Source of the DNA: Alphaproteobacteria bacterium
Lineage (GTDB): Bacteria > Pseudomonadota > Alphaproteobacteria > JAAXGF01
Assembly (NCBI GenBank): GCA_963555825.3
Contig: CAUVXB020000001.1
Coordinates: forward strand, 1,920,001-1,984,000
Reading direction: 5' to 3'
DNA: 64,000 nt
In this document: piece after piece, positions 28,861 through 40,334 of the stretch
Layout of the letters: each line of letters begins with the position of its first letter
How positions within the stretch are numbered: the stretch's first letter is position 1
Translations under genes and position numbers: made by a program
The notes under the pieces: generated by a model
Databases searched by the model: none
What the model saw: only the letters and a program-made list of their open reading frames with translations
What the model was told of the DNA's origin: nothing

Positions 28861-29951
28861 TCCGGCGGCTCCCCGTCTTGACCGGCGACCGGCGCCGAGG
28901 TTCCCCGGTATAGCGGGCTTTCCGAATAGCGCTCGACAGCGAAGCGCACCAGCACGCCGACGATGGCCGTCATCGGCACCGCGATCAGGATGCCGACGAA
29001 ACCGAACAGCACGCCGCCGGCGAGAATACCGAAGATGACCCAGACGGGATGCAGCCCGACACGGTCGCCGACCAGCTTGGGGGTCAGCACGTTGCCTTCG
29101 AGCACCTGGCCGATGACGAACACGATGGCGACGGCGCCGATACGGACGAAATCGTCGAACTGCAGAAACGCCATGCCGACGCTTGCGATCAGCCCGACGA
29201 TGGCGCCGACGTAGGGAATGAACGAGATGAGGCCGGCAAGAAGGCCGAGAACGAGTGCAAAGTCCAACCCCGTGATCAGCAGGCCGACGACGTAGAAGAC
29301 CGCGAGCGCCAGGCAGACCAACCCCTGGCCGCGGACGAAACCCGCCAGCGTCTCGTCGATCGCCTTGACCTGGGTACGGATGACATCGGCGTGGTCGCGC
29401 GGCAACAACGCGTCGATCCGTTCGACGATGCGGTCCCAGTCGCGCAGCAGGTAAAAGGCGACGATCGGCGTGATGAACAGGAGCGACAGGATGTTGACGA
29501 TCGCCAGTCCCGACTTCCATATATTCTGCACTAGGCCAAGCGCCCATTTCACCAACTGCGCCGTCACGCCTCCGATCGCGTCGCGCACCCGCTGGACATC
29601 CTCGGGATCGAGACGCGCGATCAATGATTCCGACAGCGGCGCGACGATGTCGCTAATCGCGCGGGTGTAGGTGGGGACGCGGGCGATGAAGTCGACGATC
29701 TGCTGGTACAGTAGGGGCAGCAGGAGAACGAAACCGCCGATCGCGATGAGCATGAACAAGACGGTGATAACGACGGTCGCGAGCGTCCGTGACGCGCCCC
29801 ATTCCTCGAACTTGTCGGCCACCGGATCGAGAAAATAGGCGACCGCCATGCCGGCGACGAAGGGCAGCATGATGCCGCTCAGGGCGAACAGACAGATTCC
29901 GAAGACGATCAGGCCGATCGCCCAGAAAAGGAGCTGGTTGCGTAGGGTCAT
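28857..29951 (-). CDS. AI-2E/PerM-family membrane transporter
   Basis: LPFVAG..AYFLDP, FIPYVG, PKLVGDRVGLHP; multiple TM helices. Confidence 0.92.
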   Translation of the reverse strand: MTLRNQLLFWAIGLIVFGICLFALSGIMLPFVAGMAVAYFLDPVADKFEEWGASRTLATVVITVLFMLIAIGGFVLLLPLLYQQIVDFIARVPTYTRAISDIVAPLSESLIARLDPEDVQRVRDAIGGVTAQLVKWALGLVQNIWKSGLAIVNILSLLFITPIVAFYLLRDWDRIVERIDALLPRDHADVIRTQVKAIDETLAGFVRGQGLVCLALAVFYVVGLLITGLDFALVLGLLAGLISFIPYVGAIVGLIASVGMAFLQFDDFVRIGAVAIVFVIGQVLEGNVLTPKLVGDRVGLHPVWVIFGILAGGVLFGFVGILIAVPMTAIVGVLVRFAVERYSESPLYRGTSAPVAGQDGEPPD

Positions 29952-30493
29952 TCGGCAGGCTCGACGCCGGCGGCGCGGCGCGTCCATTGAACGACGTAAG
30001 CCCCACCGGAAGCGAGCGTCGTTGCGGCGACGACCAAGACCAAGACATCGATCAGCATCGGCAAACCGAGGTCCAGGCCGCCGTTACCCAAAACCACCGC
30101 GGCGAGCACGATTTGCGCCACCGTGTTCACCTTGCTGACCATCAGGGGTTCCATGTCGAGCGATCGCGTCAGCAATCGAAACAGCAGCGCGCCGCCGACG
30201 ATCAGCAGGTCGCGGAACACCACCAGGATGACCAGCCACAACTCCAGCATGCCGTTGCTGCCCAGCGCGGCATAGGTGCCAACCAGCAGGACTTTGTCGG
30301 CGATCGGGTCGAGAAACCCGCCTAAGACCGTCGTCGCTCCCAGTCGCTTGGCAATAAAGCCGTCGACGCCGTCGGAGACAGCGGCAGCCAAAAATAGCCA
30401 GAACGCCGCCGTGATCTCGTTCGAAAGAATGAGCCAGACAACGAGCGGCGCCGAAAACAAACGCGCGAGACTGATGGCGTTGGGAAGGTTCAC
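29948..30493 (-). CDS. CDP-alcohol phosphatidyltransferase family protein
   Basis: [20 protein letters not shown]...GGFLDPIADK. Confidence 0.92.
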   Translation of the reverse strand: MNLPNAISLARLFSAPLVVWLILSNEITAAFWLFLAAAVSDGVDGFIAKRLGATTVLGGFLDPIADKVLLVGTYAALGSNGMLELWLVILVVFRDLLIVGGALLFRLLTRSLDMEPLMVSKVNTVAQIVLAAVVLGNGGLDLGLPMLIDVLVLVVAATTLASGGAYVVQWTRRAAGVEPAE

Positions 30494-31668
30494 TCTACCG
30501 CGGGCCCGTCTGGGATATCCGTGACTTCCGCCGGTACTTCGGCGTTGGGGAGCACCCCGCCACCACGCTCGAGACGCCAGATTCCAATACCTTGGCGAAG
30601 CTCGAGGCCGCTGCTGGCCAAGGCGCCCGAGAGCTGCCGGAGATCGCCCAGAAAATCGATCGTCACCCGCGCCGCCACGGCCGACAGCGCGACGATCTCG
30701 ACGCGTCGGACCAATGCCAGTTCTTCGAGCTTGGCACGGATCTCGAGCCAATCGCGGAAGCTTCCGATCGGGATATCGGCCAGCAGGCTGTCCTCCCGGT
30801 CGAAGCGTAGCAGGTTGGCTTCCTTCCATTCGTCGTCGACCTGAGTGCGGGTCTCCAACGCGGCGGTCGCGAGGATGGCGTCCAATGCCTCCCAGTCCAT
30901 GCCGCTGTACGTCCCGCCACCGATACGCACGCCCTCCGACTGGAACCGGCGCAGCGTTACCCTGATCATCGGCGCGTTGCGCTGCACGTCGAGCACCACC
31001 TCGGCCGCGGCGACGGCAACTTCATCGGCGCCATAGCGTTCGGCGAGTTCGGCGAAGGCGGCGCGGTCACCCCGGTCGGCGCGGCTCGCGTCGACGAGCA
31101 TCAGATCGGCGAGTTCACCGAGTGGCACGACCATGCGCACCAGGCCATCCGACGCCGGCAGGTCGGTCCAGGCCTCGCGCCAGACGTTGCCGTCCTCCCA
31201 CAGGATCGCGCCACCCTCGTCCTGGTAGAGCGGCAAAATAACGATGCGCCTGAGCGGCGTCGCGGCATAGGCAATGCCATGGTCGCGGAACAGTTGGCCA
31301 ACCGACCGATCATTAAAGTGAAATATCAATGATGCCGTGTAACGTACTGCAGATACTTTTTCTTCTGAAACCTCAAAGCTCTTTACGAGGTCAGTGATCG
31401 CGACATCGTCGGGCGTCGGCAGCCGGTTGTGATCGATCGTCGGCACGAGCCGCCGCAGCAACCGTTCGAGTGCGTTGCGCTGGCCGATCGCGAGCGCTTT
31501 GGCGCGCGCCGTGGTGGCGTCGGTCGATGTGACGTCGACGGTGACATTGCTGACACTGAAGGCAGACGCGGCTGTCGCCGCGCCAATGCCGGGACGTGGT
31601 GCGAACAACGCGACACACAGCGCCATCGCGACAACGACAATGGCGACCTGGCGCCGCTTGTGAGCCAT
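30490..31668 (-). CDS. DUF2066-family periplasmic protein
   Basis: Signal peptide, [19 protein letters not shown]; usual position divergent from purM. Confidence 0.75.
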   Translation of the reverse strand: MAHKRRQVAIVVVAMALCVALFAPRPGIGAATAASAFSVSNVTVDVTSTDATTARAKALAIGQRNALERLLRRLVPTIDHNRLPTPDDVAITDLVKSFEVSEEKVSAVRYTASLIFHFNDRSVGQLFRDHGIAYAATPLRRIVILPLYQDEGGAILWEDGNVWREAWTDLPASDGLVRMVVPLGELADLMLVDASRADRGDRAAFAELAERYGADEVAVAAAEVVLDVQRNAPMIRVTLRRFQSEGVRIGGGTYSGMDWEALDAILATAALETRTQVDDEWKEANLLRFDREDSLLADIPIGSFRDWLEIRAKLEELALVRRVEIVALSAVAARVTIDFLGDLRQLSGALASSGLELRQGIGIWRLERGGGVLPNAEVPAEVTDIPDGPAVE

Positions 31669-31750
31669 TGCAAACCGTCCGCGATCAAGTATCTTCGAAT
31701 CGAAGAGCGGCACTATATCGGACATTCGCGCCAAGAGCGAGGGGCCCATT

Positions 31751-32812
31751 ATCGGCATTACATACAAAAAGGCCGGCGTCGACGTCGCCGCTGGCGCCGG
31801 TTTGGTCGAGGCGATCAAGCCGCTCGCACGGTCGACCGCGCGCCCCGGTTCCGAGGCCGCGATCGGTGGATTCGGTGGGCTATTCGACCTCGCCAAGGCG
31901 GGCTATCGCGACCCGCTGCTGGTCGCCGGCACCGACGGCGTTGGGACCAAGCTGAAGATCGCAACGGCGGTCGGCCGCCACGACACCATCGGCATCGACT
32001 TGGTGGCGATGTGCGTCAACGACATCGTTGTCACGGGCGCCGAGCCGCTGTTCTTCCTCGACTACTTCGCCACTGCCCGGCTCGATCCCGAGGTCGCGCG
32101 CGACGTTGTCGCCGGCATCGCCGAGGGTTGCCGTGCCGCCGGCTGTGCGCTGATCGGCGGCGAGACCGCCGAGATGCCGGGGCTCTACGCGCCAGGCGAC
32201 TATGACCTTGCCGGCTTCGCGGTCGGCGCGGTCGAGCGCGATGCGGTGCTCACCGGCGACGGTATCGAGGTCGGCGACATCGTCATCGGGCTCGCCTCCG
32301 ACGGCCTGCATTCGAACGGCTTTTCGCTGGTCCGGCGCGTGGTCGAGCTGGCGCAGGGCGACTATGGCGACACGGCGCCTTTCGCACGTGAGACGACGTT
32401 CGGCGACGCCCTGCTGACGCCAACGCGCATCTATGTCCCGAGCTGTCTCGCGGCCGCGCGGGCGGGTCTCGTCAAGGCGATGGCTCATATTACCGGCGGC
32501 GGCCTGGTTGAAAACCTGCCGCGCATGCTGCCCGACGGCATGGCACTCGACATCGACGCCGGCGCCTGGCCGATCAGCCCGGTCATCGCCTGGCTCGCGG
32601 AGACCGGCGGGATCGCAGCCGGCGAACTTGGCCGCACATTCAATTGCGGCATCGGCATGGCCGCGATCGTCGCGCCCGATGACGTGCAGGCGGCGATCGA
32701 CCTGTTCAACGGCAACGGCGAGACCGCCTATCGCATCGGCGCGGTGGTCGGCGCTGAGGCGGGCCGGCCGGCGGTCACCATTCGAAACGTGGAAACGGCA
32801 TGGCCCGGCTGA
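31751..32812 (+). CDS. purM: Phosphoribosylformylglycinamidine cyclo-ligase (start codon non-canonical or uncertain)
   Basis: [47 protein letters not shown]. Confidence 0.95.
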   Translation: MGITYKKAGVDVAAGAGLVEAIKPLARSTARPGSEAAIGGFGGLFDLAKAGYRDPLLVAGTDGVGTKLKIATAVGRHDTIGIDLVAMCVNDIVVTGAEPLFFLDYFATARLDPEVARDVVAGIAEGCRAAGCALIGGETAEMPGLYAPGDYDLAGFAVGAVERDAVLTGDGIEVGDIVIGLASDGLHSNGFSLVRRVVELAQGDYGDTAPFARETTFGDALLTPTRIYVPSCLAAARAGLVKAMAHITGGGLVENLPRMLPDGMALDIDAGAWPISPVIAWLAETGGIAAGELGRTFNCGIGMAAIVAPDDVQAAIDLFNGNGETAYRIGAVVGAEAGRPAVTIRNVETAWPG

Positions 32813-33453
32813 AACTCGCCGTCCTGATTTCGGGGCGCGGCAGCAACCTGCAGTCCCTGATCGACGCCTGCGCGGCACCCGACTTTCCCGCCGAGATCGT
32901 CATCGTCGTCTCCAACGAGCCCAACGCCGCCGGGCTCGATCGAGCGCGCGCGGCGGACATCCTGGCAACGGTCATCGACCATCACGATTATGCCACGCGC
33001 GAGGCGTTCGACGAGGCGCTCAGCGAAGCAGTCCGCGCGGCGGGCGCCGAACTCGTCTGCCTGGCCGGCTTCATGCGTCTGGTCACCGAGGCGTTCCTGC
33101 ACGATTGGCGTGACCGACTGATCAACATTCATCCGTCGTTGCTGCCCGCCTTCGGCGGCCTCAACACCCACGCCCGCGCGATCACCGCTGGCGTCCGGTT
33201 CACCGGCTGCACGATCCATTTCGTGCGCGCCGAGATGGACGCCGGTCCGATCATCGTGCAGGCCGTGGTTCCGGTGCTGGCCGACGACACACCCGACAGC
33301 CTCGCCGAGCGCGTACTCGTTGCCGAACATCAGGCTTATCCGCTGGCGATACGCTTGATCGGCGAGGGGCGCGTCCGGGTCGTCAACGAGGTCGCGCACA
33401 TCGACGGCATCCGTTCACCGCGCGAAGTTCTTATGAATCCGACCGGAAGCTGA
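32800..33453 (+). CDS. purN: Phosphoribosylglycinamide formyltransferase
   Basis: [30 protein letters not shown]. Confidence 0.97.
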   Translation: MARLKLAVLISGRGSNLQSLIDACAAPDFPAEIVIVVSNEPNAAGLDRARAADILATVIDHHDYATREAFDEALSEAVRAAGAELVCLAGFMRLVTEAFLHDWRDRLINIHPSLLPAFGGLNTHARAITAGVRFTGCTIHFVRAEMDAGPIIVQAVVPVLADDTPDSLAERVLVAEHQAYPLAIRLIGEGRVRVVNEVAHIDGIRSPREVLMNPTGS

Positions 33454-33480
33454 CCGCCAATCAATATTCGAGCGAAGGAT

Positions 33481-33603
33481 CCGATTATTTCAGCCTGCGA
33501 CCGCAGGCCGCCGACCGTTCGGCCAGTCTTTGCGGAAATAAGATTGGCCCACGCGGCGCTTGAGCGCAGGTCATCTTTGCGCGAGTCAAAGGTGACCACA
33601 CAA
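33481..33603. repeat. 123-bp structured dispersed repeat, copy 2
   Basis: Same-orientation copy of 14911-15033, between convergent purN and ndk. Confidence 0.9.
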
Positions 33604-33624
33604 AAAGGGTGACCGCACCAAGAA

Positions 33625-34047
33625 CTACCCAACGATGTCGATGTCGCTGAAGAAGAAGGCGATTTCGGCGGCGGCGGTCTCGGGCGCGTCCGAGCCGTGC
33701 GTCGAATTGGCCTCGACCGATTCGCCGAAGTCGGCGCGGATCGTACCCGCATCGGCGGCGACCGGGTTGGTCGCGCCCATGATCTCGCGGTTGCGGGCGA
33801 TCGCGTTCTCGCCCTCGAGCGCCTGCACGACCACCGGGCCCGAAATCATGTAATTGCAGAGATCGTTGTAAAACGACCGCTCGGCATGAACCGCGTAGAA
33901 ACTCTCGGCTTGGCTTCGGGTAAGCTGAATGCGCCGCTGGGCGACGATCCGCAGGCCCGCTTCCTCGAAGCGCGCGTTGATCGTGCCGGTCAGATTGCGC
34001 CGCGTCGCGTCGGGTTTGATAATCGAAAGCGTGCGTTCGGTGGCCAT
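33625..34047 (-). CDS. ndk: Nucleoside diphosphate kinase
   Basis: [30 protein letters not shown]. Confidence 0.97.
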   Translation of the reverse strand: MATERTLSIIKPDATRRNLTGTINARFEEAGLRIVAQRRIQLTRSQAESFYAVHAERSFYNDLCNYMISGPVVVQALEGENAIARNREIMGATNPVAADAGTIRADFGESVEANSTHGSDAPETAAAEIAFFFSDIDIVG

Positions 34048-34188
34048 GGCGTCGTTCCTGCCCTTGTGTATCCTGGTATCGGGAAGGCGCCTTATAGCGG
34101 CTCAATCGCGGCGCGGCAACACCCCGGTCCGGCGGCCGTGCGTGTCGGGCTTTTCGCATTGCCGGCCGCGTGCTATGACCCCGGCGCC

Positions 34189-36081
34189 ATGCTTCGAATT
34201 AACAACATAACATGCCGCATCGCCGGACGCGTCCTCTTGGAGGGCGCCAGCGCCGTCGTGCCGGTCGGCCACAGGGTCGGCCTGGTCGGCCCCAACGGCT
34301 CGGGCAAATCGACGCTCTTGCGCCTGATCACCGGTGGGATCGAGCCGGACGACGGAGACATCAAGCTGCGCCGCCGGGCGCGCATCGCGACCGTCGCGCA
34401 GGAGGCGCCGAGCAGCCCGATGAACCTGCTGGAGGCCGTCGTCGCGGCCGACCGCGAGCGCGCCGACCTGCTCGCCGAGGCCGACACCGCGACCGATGCG
34501 CACCGCATCGCCGAGCTGCACACCCGGCTGGTCGACATCGACGCCCATTCGGCCGAGGCGCGCGCCGGCGCCATCCTGGCCGGCCTCGGCTTCGACGCCG
34601 ACGCCCAGCGCCGCCCGCTCGACTCCTTCTCGGGCGGCTGGCGCATGCGTGTCGCGCTTGCCGGAACGCTGTTCACCGAGCCCGATCTCCTGCTGCTCGA
34701 CGAACCGACGAACTATCTCGACCTCGAGGGCACCATGTGGCTCGAGGGCTATCTCGTGACCTATTCGCATACCCTGCTCGTCGTCAGCCATGACCGCGAC
34801 CTGCTCAACTCGGTCGCCAAAACCATCCTGCACATCGACGGCGGTAGGCTCACATCCTACACCGGCAATTACGACGACTTCGTGCGCGTGCGCACCGAGC
34901 GGCTCGCCCAGCAAGTCGCCGAGCGTGCCAAGATCGACGCCCAGCGGCGCCACATGCAGGCCTTCGTCGACCGCTTCCGCTACAAGGCATCGAAGGCGCG
35001 CCAGGCGCAGAGCCGCCTCAAGGCGATCGCCCGGCTGGCCCCGGTCGCCGCGGCGGCGAGCGGCGCGACCACGGTCTTCCGGTTCCCCCAGCCGACGCAG
35101 CTCGCACCGCCGATCGTCAGCCTCGACGGCACGTCGGTCGGCTACGACGATGGCAAGCCGGTGCTCTCGGGCCTCGATCTGCGCATCGACATGGACGACC
35201 GCATCGCGCTGTTGGGCGCCAACGGCAACGGCAAGTCGACGCTCGCCAAGCTGCTCGCCGGCCGGCTCAAGCCAATGTCCGGCCATCTCACCGCTTCGTC
35301 CAAGCTGCGTATCGGTTATTTCGCCCAGCACCAGATCGACGAGCTCAGGCCCGGTGAGACCGCCTTCCAACACATGAAACGGCTCTTGCCCGAAGCCGGC
35401 GACGCCACGGTGCGCGCGCGTGTCGGCGGCTTCGGCCTGGTCCAGGACAAGGCCAATGTCGACGTCGCGGATCTGTCGGGCGGCGAGAAGGCCAGGCTGC
35501 TGTTCGCTTTGATGAGCCACGCCGCGCCTCACCTGATGTTGCTCGACGAACCGACCAACCATCTCGACGCCGACGCCCGCGACGCGCTGATCCAGGCGCT
35601 CAACGATCACCAGGGCGCGGTCGTGCTGATCACCCATGACCGGCACCTGATCGAGACCTGCGCCGACCGCCTGTGGCTGGTCGCCGACGGCACGGTCGCG
35701 CCTTACGACGGCGACATCGACGACTACCGCCGCCAAGTGCTCAAACAGCGCCGCCAGCCACGCCAGCGCCCGGTCGAAGACGTGGCGACCGCCAAGCCGC
35801 CGCGCCGGAACAAGCGCGAGGCGCGCCAGGCGTCCGCCAGGGCGCGCGAGGACAAGTCCGCGCTGCGCCGCGCCGTACGCGACGCCGAGGCACTGGTCGC
35901 AAAGCTGACCGCCGAGGTCGCCAAGATCGAGGCATCGCTCGCAGGCCCGGAGGTCTACCAGGGCCCGACCGCGGCGCTCGCCAAGCTCGCCAAGCGGCGC
36001 AGCGACGTCAAGCGCCGCGCCGCCGCCGCCGAGCAAGCCTGGCTCGCCGCCCAGCAGGCAATCGACACCGCGGCGGAGTGA
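34189..36081 (+). CDS. ABC-F family ATPase (YheS/Uup-like)
   Basis: Two ABC domains GPNGSGKST and GANGNGKST, FSGGWRMR, LLDEPTN, C-terminal coiled coil; no TM segments. Confidence 0.95.
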   Translation: MLRINNITCRIAGRVLLEGASAVVPVGHRVGLVGPNGSGKSTLLRLITGGIEPDDGDIKLRRRARIATVAQEAPSSPMNLLEAVVAADRERADLLAEADTATDAHRIAELHTRLVDIDAHSAEARAGAILAGLGFDADAQRRPLDSFSGGWRMRVALAGTLFTEPDLLLLDEPTNYLDLEGTMWLEGYLVTYSHTLLVVSHDRDLLNSVAKTILHIDGGRLTSYTGNYDDFVRVRTERLAQQVAERAKIDAQRRHMQAFVDRFRYKASKARQAQSRLKAIARLAPVAAAASGATTVFRFPQPTQLAPPIVSLDGTSVGYDDGKPVLSGLDLRIDMDDRIALLGANGNGKSTLAKLLAGRLKPMSGHLTASSKLRIGYFAQHQIDELRPGETAFQHMKRLLPEAGDATVRARVGGFGLVQDKANVDVADLSGGEKARLLFALMSHAAPHLMLLDEPTNHLDADARDALIQALNDHQGAVVLITHDRHLIETCADRLWLVADGTVAPYDGDIDDYRRQVLKQRRQPRQRPVEDVATAKPPRRNKREARQASARAREDKSALRRAVRDAEALVAKLTAEVAKIEASLAGPEVYQGPTAALAKLAKRRSDVKRRAAAAEQAWLAAQQAIDTAAE

Positions 36082-36084
36082 GGG

Positions 36085-36534
36085 CTAGCCCCCCTTCTCC
36101 CAGCCCCCCTGCGGGGTCTGTTGCCAGTAGGTCAAGGTGTGGCCGGCGTCCTTGAGGCGCTTCCAGCGTGCCCGCGCGGCCTCGACCGCGGCCTCGTCGT
36201 TGCCGTCGAACAGGTCGAGGCAACGATCGAAGCCATCGAGATAGGCTGGCTCGACGCCGTCGACAAGCACCAGGAGGGTAGCGCCGTTAGGGTTCTCCTC
36301 GGTTGTCGTCAGGTAGATCGGCTGCGCCTCGGCGTTGCCGTCGCGCGACGTGCCGTGGGGCAGGAACGATGCCGGGTCGAACGTCCAGAGCGCCGCGTCG
36401 AGTACCGCGATGCGCTCTTCCGACGCCGCCAGGACGACGGCGCGCATGCCCGCCTCGTGGGCCTTGCCGAGCAGCCTCGGCAGCGCCCGGTCGAGCGCCG
36501 TCGCGGTCAGGTGGTAGAAGCCGACCTCGGTCAT
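36085..36534 (-). CDS. holC: DNA polymerase III subunit chi
   Basis: MTEVGFYHL, LDAALW, SFLPHG, ARARWK. Confidence 0.95.
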   Translation of the reverse strand: MTEVGFYHLTATALDRALPRLLGKAHEAGMRAVVLAASEERIAVLDAALWTFDPASFLPHGTSRDGNAEAQPIYLTTTEENPNGATLLVLVDGVEPAYLDGFDRCLDLFDGNDEAAVEAARARWKRLKDAGHTLTYWQQTPQGGWEKGG

Positions 36535-36559
36535 CGCCCGCGCTTGGCAGCCGCCCGCC

Positions 36560-38050
36560 TCACGCCTCGTAGTTGTCGGCGACCAGGCGGTCGAGCAAGC
36601 GCACGCCGAAGCCGGTACCGCCCTTGGGCACGGTCGCCGTGGCGCTCTTCGACCAGGCCACGCCGGCGATGTCGAGATGCGCCCAGGGCGTCTCGTTGAC
36701 GAAGCGCTGCAGGAACTGCGCCGCGGTGATGCTGCCCGCCTCGCGGCCCTTGCCGACGTTCTTCATGTCGGCGATGTCGGAGTTGATGTCCTTGTCGTAG
36801 CGCGCGCCCAGCGGCAGGCGCCAGACCGGCTCGCCGACCGCCTTGCCGGCGGCCGTCAGCTTGGCCGAGAGATCGTCGTCGTTGGCGAACAGCCCGGCCT
36901 GGTACGAGCCGAGCGCGACGATGACGGCGCCGGTCAGCGTCGCCAGATCGACGATGAAGCGTGGCTTGAACTTGGACTGGCAATACCACAGCGCGTCGGC
37001 CAGCACGAGGCGGCCCTCGGCGTCGGTGTTGATGACCTCGATGGTCTGGCCCGACATCGAGGTGACGACGTCGCCCGGCCGCTGCGCCTTGGCGGACGGC
37101 ATGTTCTCGACCAGGCCGACGATGCCGATCGCGTCGACCTTGGCGGCGCGCCCGGCGAGCGCCTTCATCAGGCCGATGACGACGCCGGCGCCGCCCATGT
37201 CCCACTTCATATCCTCCATGCCGCCGGCCGGCTTGATCGAGATGCCGCCGGTGTCGAAGGTGACGCCCTTGCCGACGAAGGCGATCGGCGCGGCCTTCGA
37301 GCGCTTTGGCGCACCGTTCCAGCGCATCACGACGAGTCTGGAATCACGGTCGCTGCCCTGGCCGACGCCCAACAGCGCGCCCATGCCGAGCTTGGCCATG
37401 CGCGCCTCGGTCATGACCTCGACGTCGACGCCGAGACGCGACAGCGTGCGCGCCTGTTTGGCGAGCGATTCGGGGTAGATCACGTTAGCCGGCTCGGAGA
37501 CCAAGTCTCGCGTGAAGAACACGCCGTCGGCGATCCTGTCCAAGCGGCCGAACGCCTTCTGTGCCTCGCGCGGATGCGCGGCGACGACGGTGATGCGCTC
37601 GAGCGTCGGCTTGCTCTCGGCCTTCTCCTTGGTGCGATACTTATCGAAACGATAGCCACGCAACCGGGCCCCGAACGCGAGGTTGGCGGCATGCGCCGAT
37701 GACCCCACCGACTTGCCCTCGACCATGACGGCAACCTTCTTGGCGCCCGCGTGGTTGAGATGCGCAACGAGTTGGCCGCCCAGTTCCTGAGCCGCCAGGT
37801 CGTCGATCTTGTCGCGCTTGCCGTGGCCGACGAGGACGACGCGCGCGGCCTTGACGCCGCTCGGCGCGTTGACGTCGAGGAACTGCCCGCGCGCGCCGGT
37901 GAACCGGCTGGTCGCCATCGCGCGGCCCAGGGCGCCGCCGGTCGCCTTGTCGATATCGCGCGCGGCGCTGCCAAGCATCCTGCCCTCGAAGATGGCGACT
38001 GCTACGGACTCGGGAGCGACTGGCGATTTGGCGGCGAATGTGATCTTCAT
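36560..38050 (-). CDS. pepA: Leucyl aminopeptidase (M17)
   Basis: GKGVTFDTGG, MKWDMGG, NTDAEGRLVLAD. Confidence 0.97.
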   Translation of the reverse strand: MKITFAAKSPVAPESVAVAIFEGRMLGSAARDIDKATGGALGRAMATSRFTGARGQFLDVNAPSGVKAARVVLVGHGKRDKIDDLAAQELGGQLVAHLNHAGAKKVAVMVEGKSVGSSAHAANLAFGARLRGYRFDKYRTKEKAESKPTLERITVVAAHPREAQKAFGRLDRIADGVFFTRDLVSEPANVIYPESLAKQARTLSRLGVDVEVMTEARMAKLGMGALLGVGQGSDRDSRLVVMRWNGAPKRSKAAPIAFVGKGVTFDTGGISIKPAGGMEDMKWDMGGAGVVIGLMKALAGRAAKVDAIGIVGLVENMPSAKAQRPGDVVTSMSGQTIEVINTDAEGRLVLADALWYCQSKFKPRFIVDLATLTGAVIVALGSYQAGLFANDDDLSAKLTAAGKAVGEPVWRLPLGARYDKDINSDIADMKNVGKGREAGSITAAQFLQRFVNETPWAHLDIAGVAWSKSATATVPKGGTGFGVRLLDRLVADNYEA

Positions 38051-38234
38051 GGCGTCCTCGTCTTGTGACTTTCCGGGTGATCGCGGGCGTACGGCGCGCG
38101 TCTCGCGAGAAACTTAGCCGATGCGGCGGGGATTAACAGCGATAGTTGCTTCCATCCATGGCGGCGCGCGTTTCGCCGCTACCCCGAATCACCGCTCGGG
38201 CGGTATGATGGGCCCGATTTCGCACCGGCGACGG

Positions 38235-39095
38235 ATGACACGGATGATTGCGATTCTCGGGGCGACGGGCAAGACCGGACGCTATCTCGTCAAACGGCTG
38301 TGCGACGAGGGCCATGACGTGACTGCGATCGGCCGCTCCGCGGCGCGCCTCGAGGCGATCGACCCGCGCGCCAATACCGCCATCGCCGACATCGAGGAGC
38401 GGGCGACGCTCGGTCAGGCGCTGGCCGGTGCGAACGCGGTCGTGAGCTGCGCCCATGCCCGCTTCACCGAGGCCGTGCTCGCGGTTCTCCCGGTGTCCTG
38501 CCAGCGACTCGTATTGACCGGTTCGACACGCCGTTTCTCGACGCTGCCCGACCCCGCCGCCGACGCGGTCCGCGCCGGTGAAGCGGCATTCCTCGCCTCG
38601 GGCGTCGCGGGCGTCATGTTGCACCCATCGATGATTTACGGCGCGCCCGACGACCGCAACGTCAACCGGTTGCTGCGTCTGGTGCGCCGCTACACCGTGA
38701 TTCCCCTGCCAAACGGCGGCCGGCATCTGGTCCAGCCCGTGTTCGTCGACGATGTCGTCGCGGCGCTCGCCGCGGCAATCACGCGGCCCGAGGCGCCAGG
38801 GCCGTCGATCGTCGTGGCCGGGCCCGCGCCGATCAGTTACGCCGACATGCTGCGCGCCTGTGCGGTCGCCCTCGATCGTCGGGTCGCGATTTTTCCGGTG
38901 CCGACCGCTTTGCTCGTCGCCGGCGCACGGATAGCGGTGGCAGTGGGGTTCAAGATACCGTTCGACGCCGCCGAGATCAGGCGCGCGACCGAGGACAAGC
39001 GCTTCGACGTCGGGCCTCTCGAGAACCGGCTCGGCATCACGCCGCGACCCTTCGACGAAGGCCTGCGCCTCAAACTGGAGCGTGGTTGGACATGA
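38235..39095 (+). CDS. NAD(P)-binding atypical SDR/epimerase family protein
   Basis: GATGKTG Rossmann motif, PSMIYG, QPVFVDDV. Confidence 0.85.
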   Translation: MTRMIAILGATGKTGRYLVKRLCDEGHDVTAIGRSAARLEAIDPRANTAIADIEERATLGQALAGANAVVSCAHARFTEAVLAVLPVSCQRLVLTGSTRRFSTLPDPAADAVRAGEAAFLASGVAGVMLHPSMIYGAPDDRNVNRLLRLVRRYTVIPLPNGGRHLVQPVFVDDVVAALAAAITRPEAPGPSIVVAGPAPISYADMLRACAVALDRRVAIFPVPTALLVAGARIAVAVGFKIPFDAAEIRRATEDKRFDVGPLENRLGITPRPFDEGLRLKLERGWT

Positions 39096-39203
39096 TCTCG
39101 GCCAATAGCGTGGCGCGCCGCCCGTACGCGTACGCAACGGCTGACTGTACGCAGCCGGGGCAGCGGGCGTATAATCGCGGCTCAGCAGGGCAAATGATCA
39201 CGC

Positions 39204-40325
39204 ATGCAGGGACTCACACGGTACGTCTTGCGCCAACTCATCTGGGCGACATTGTTCGTTACGCTTGCCCTGACGGGCGTGGTGTGGCTGTCGCAATCCT
39301 TGCGCTTCGTCGATCTGATCATCAATCGTGGCCTTTCGGCCGCGACCTTCCTTCATCTCACGGTTCTGCTGCTGCCGACCTTTCTGGCGATCATCCTGCC
39401 GATCGCGCTGTTCTGCGCCATCGTCTACACCTATCATCGCCTGTCGACCGACAGCGAGATCGTCGTCATGCGTGCCACCGGGTTGAGCCAGGCGGCCCTG
39501 GCGCGACCGGCGCTGATCCTGGCCGCCGTGACGACCGTCGTGTGCTACGCCATCACGCTCTACTTCATGCCGCTGGGGTTCCGCACGTTCAAGGACCGGC
39601 AGTTCACGATCCGCAGTGATTTTTCGCACGTGCTTTTGAAGGAAGGCACCTTCAACACATTGCCGGACGGATTGACCGTCTACCTGCGGGCGCGCCAGGC
39701 CAACGGCGAGTTTGTCGGAATCTTGGTACACAACAACCGGAACCCCGATGTGCCCGTCACCATGATGGCCGAGCGAGGCGCGCTCGTATCGACTCCACGC
39801 GGACCCAGGCTTCTGTTGATCAACGGCAACCGGCAAGAAATGCAACGGGCATCCAACAAGTTGAGCCTGCTCTACTTCGACCGCTACAACATCGATCTCT
39901 CGGGCCTTGCCAACGTCGATGAGCAACGCTGGCGCGAACCGCGCGAGCGGTACCTACACGAACTCTTTGGTCCGCCCAAATCAGGCAGCGACAGGGCCTA
40001 TCGCAACGGACTCCTCGCCGAGGGACACCAAAGGCTGGTCGCGCCGGTGTTCAGTATAGCCTTCGCCCTGATCGGACTCGCCGGCCTGTTATCGGGTGAA
40101 TTCAGCCGGCGCGGCCAGATGCCGCGCATGTTCGCGGCCGCGGCCGCGGTGATCGTATTCCAAATTCTTTCACTGACGCTGGCAAACGTCATCGTCAAGA
40201 CGCCGGTGTTGACGCCGCTGCTCTACATGAACGTCGTGTTGGCGGTGTTGGCTGCCGGCTATGTCCTGCTCCGCGAACGGTCGCCACGTGCGCCCCGTGT
40301 CCGCGCCGCGCCGGATGTCGGCTAG
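39204..40325 (+). CDS. lptF: LPS export ABC permease LptF
   Basis: YjgP/YjgQ pattern, DSEIVVMRATGLS; gene context. Confidence 0.92.
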   Translation: MQGLTRYVLRQLIWATLFVTLALTGVVWLSQSLRFVDLIINRGLSAATFLHLTVLLLPTFLAIILPIALFCAIVYTYHRLSTDSEIVVMRATGLSQAALARPALILAAVTTVVCYAITLYFMPLGFRTFKDRQFTIRSDFSHVLLKEGTFNTLPDGLTVYLRARQANGEFVGILVHNNRNPDVPVTMMAERGALVSTPRGPRLLLINGNRQEMQRASNKLSLLYFDRYNIDLSGLANVDEQRWREPRERYLHELFGPPKSGSDRAYRNGLLAEGHQRLVAPVFSIAFALIGLAGLLSGEFSRRGQMPRMFAAAAAVIVFQILSLTLANVIVKTPVLTPLLYMNVVLAVLAAGYVLLRERSPRAPRVRAAPDVG

Positions 40326-40334
40326 AATCGAGCG

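Noticed and set aside
34102-36036. 644-aa minus-strand ORF
   Set aside because: Antisense shadow of the ABC-F gene
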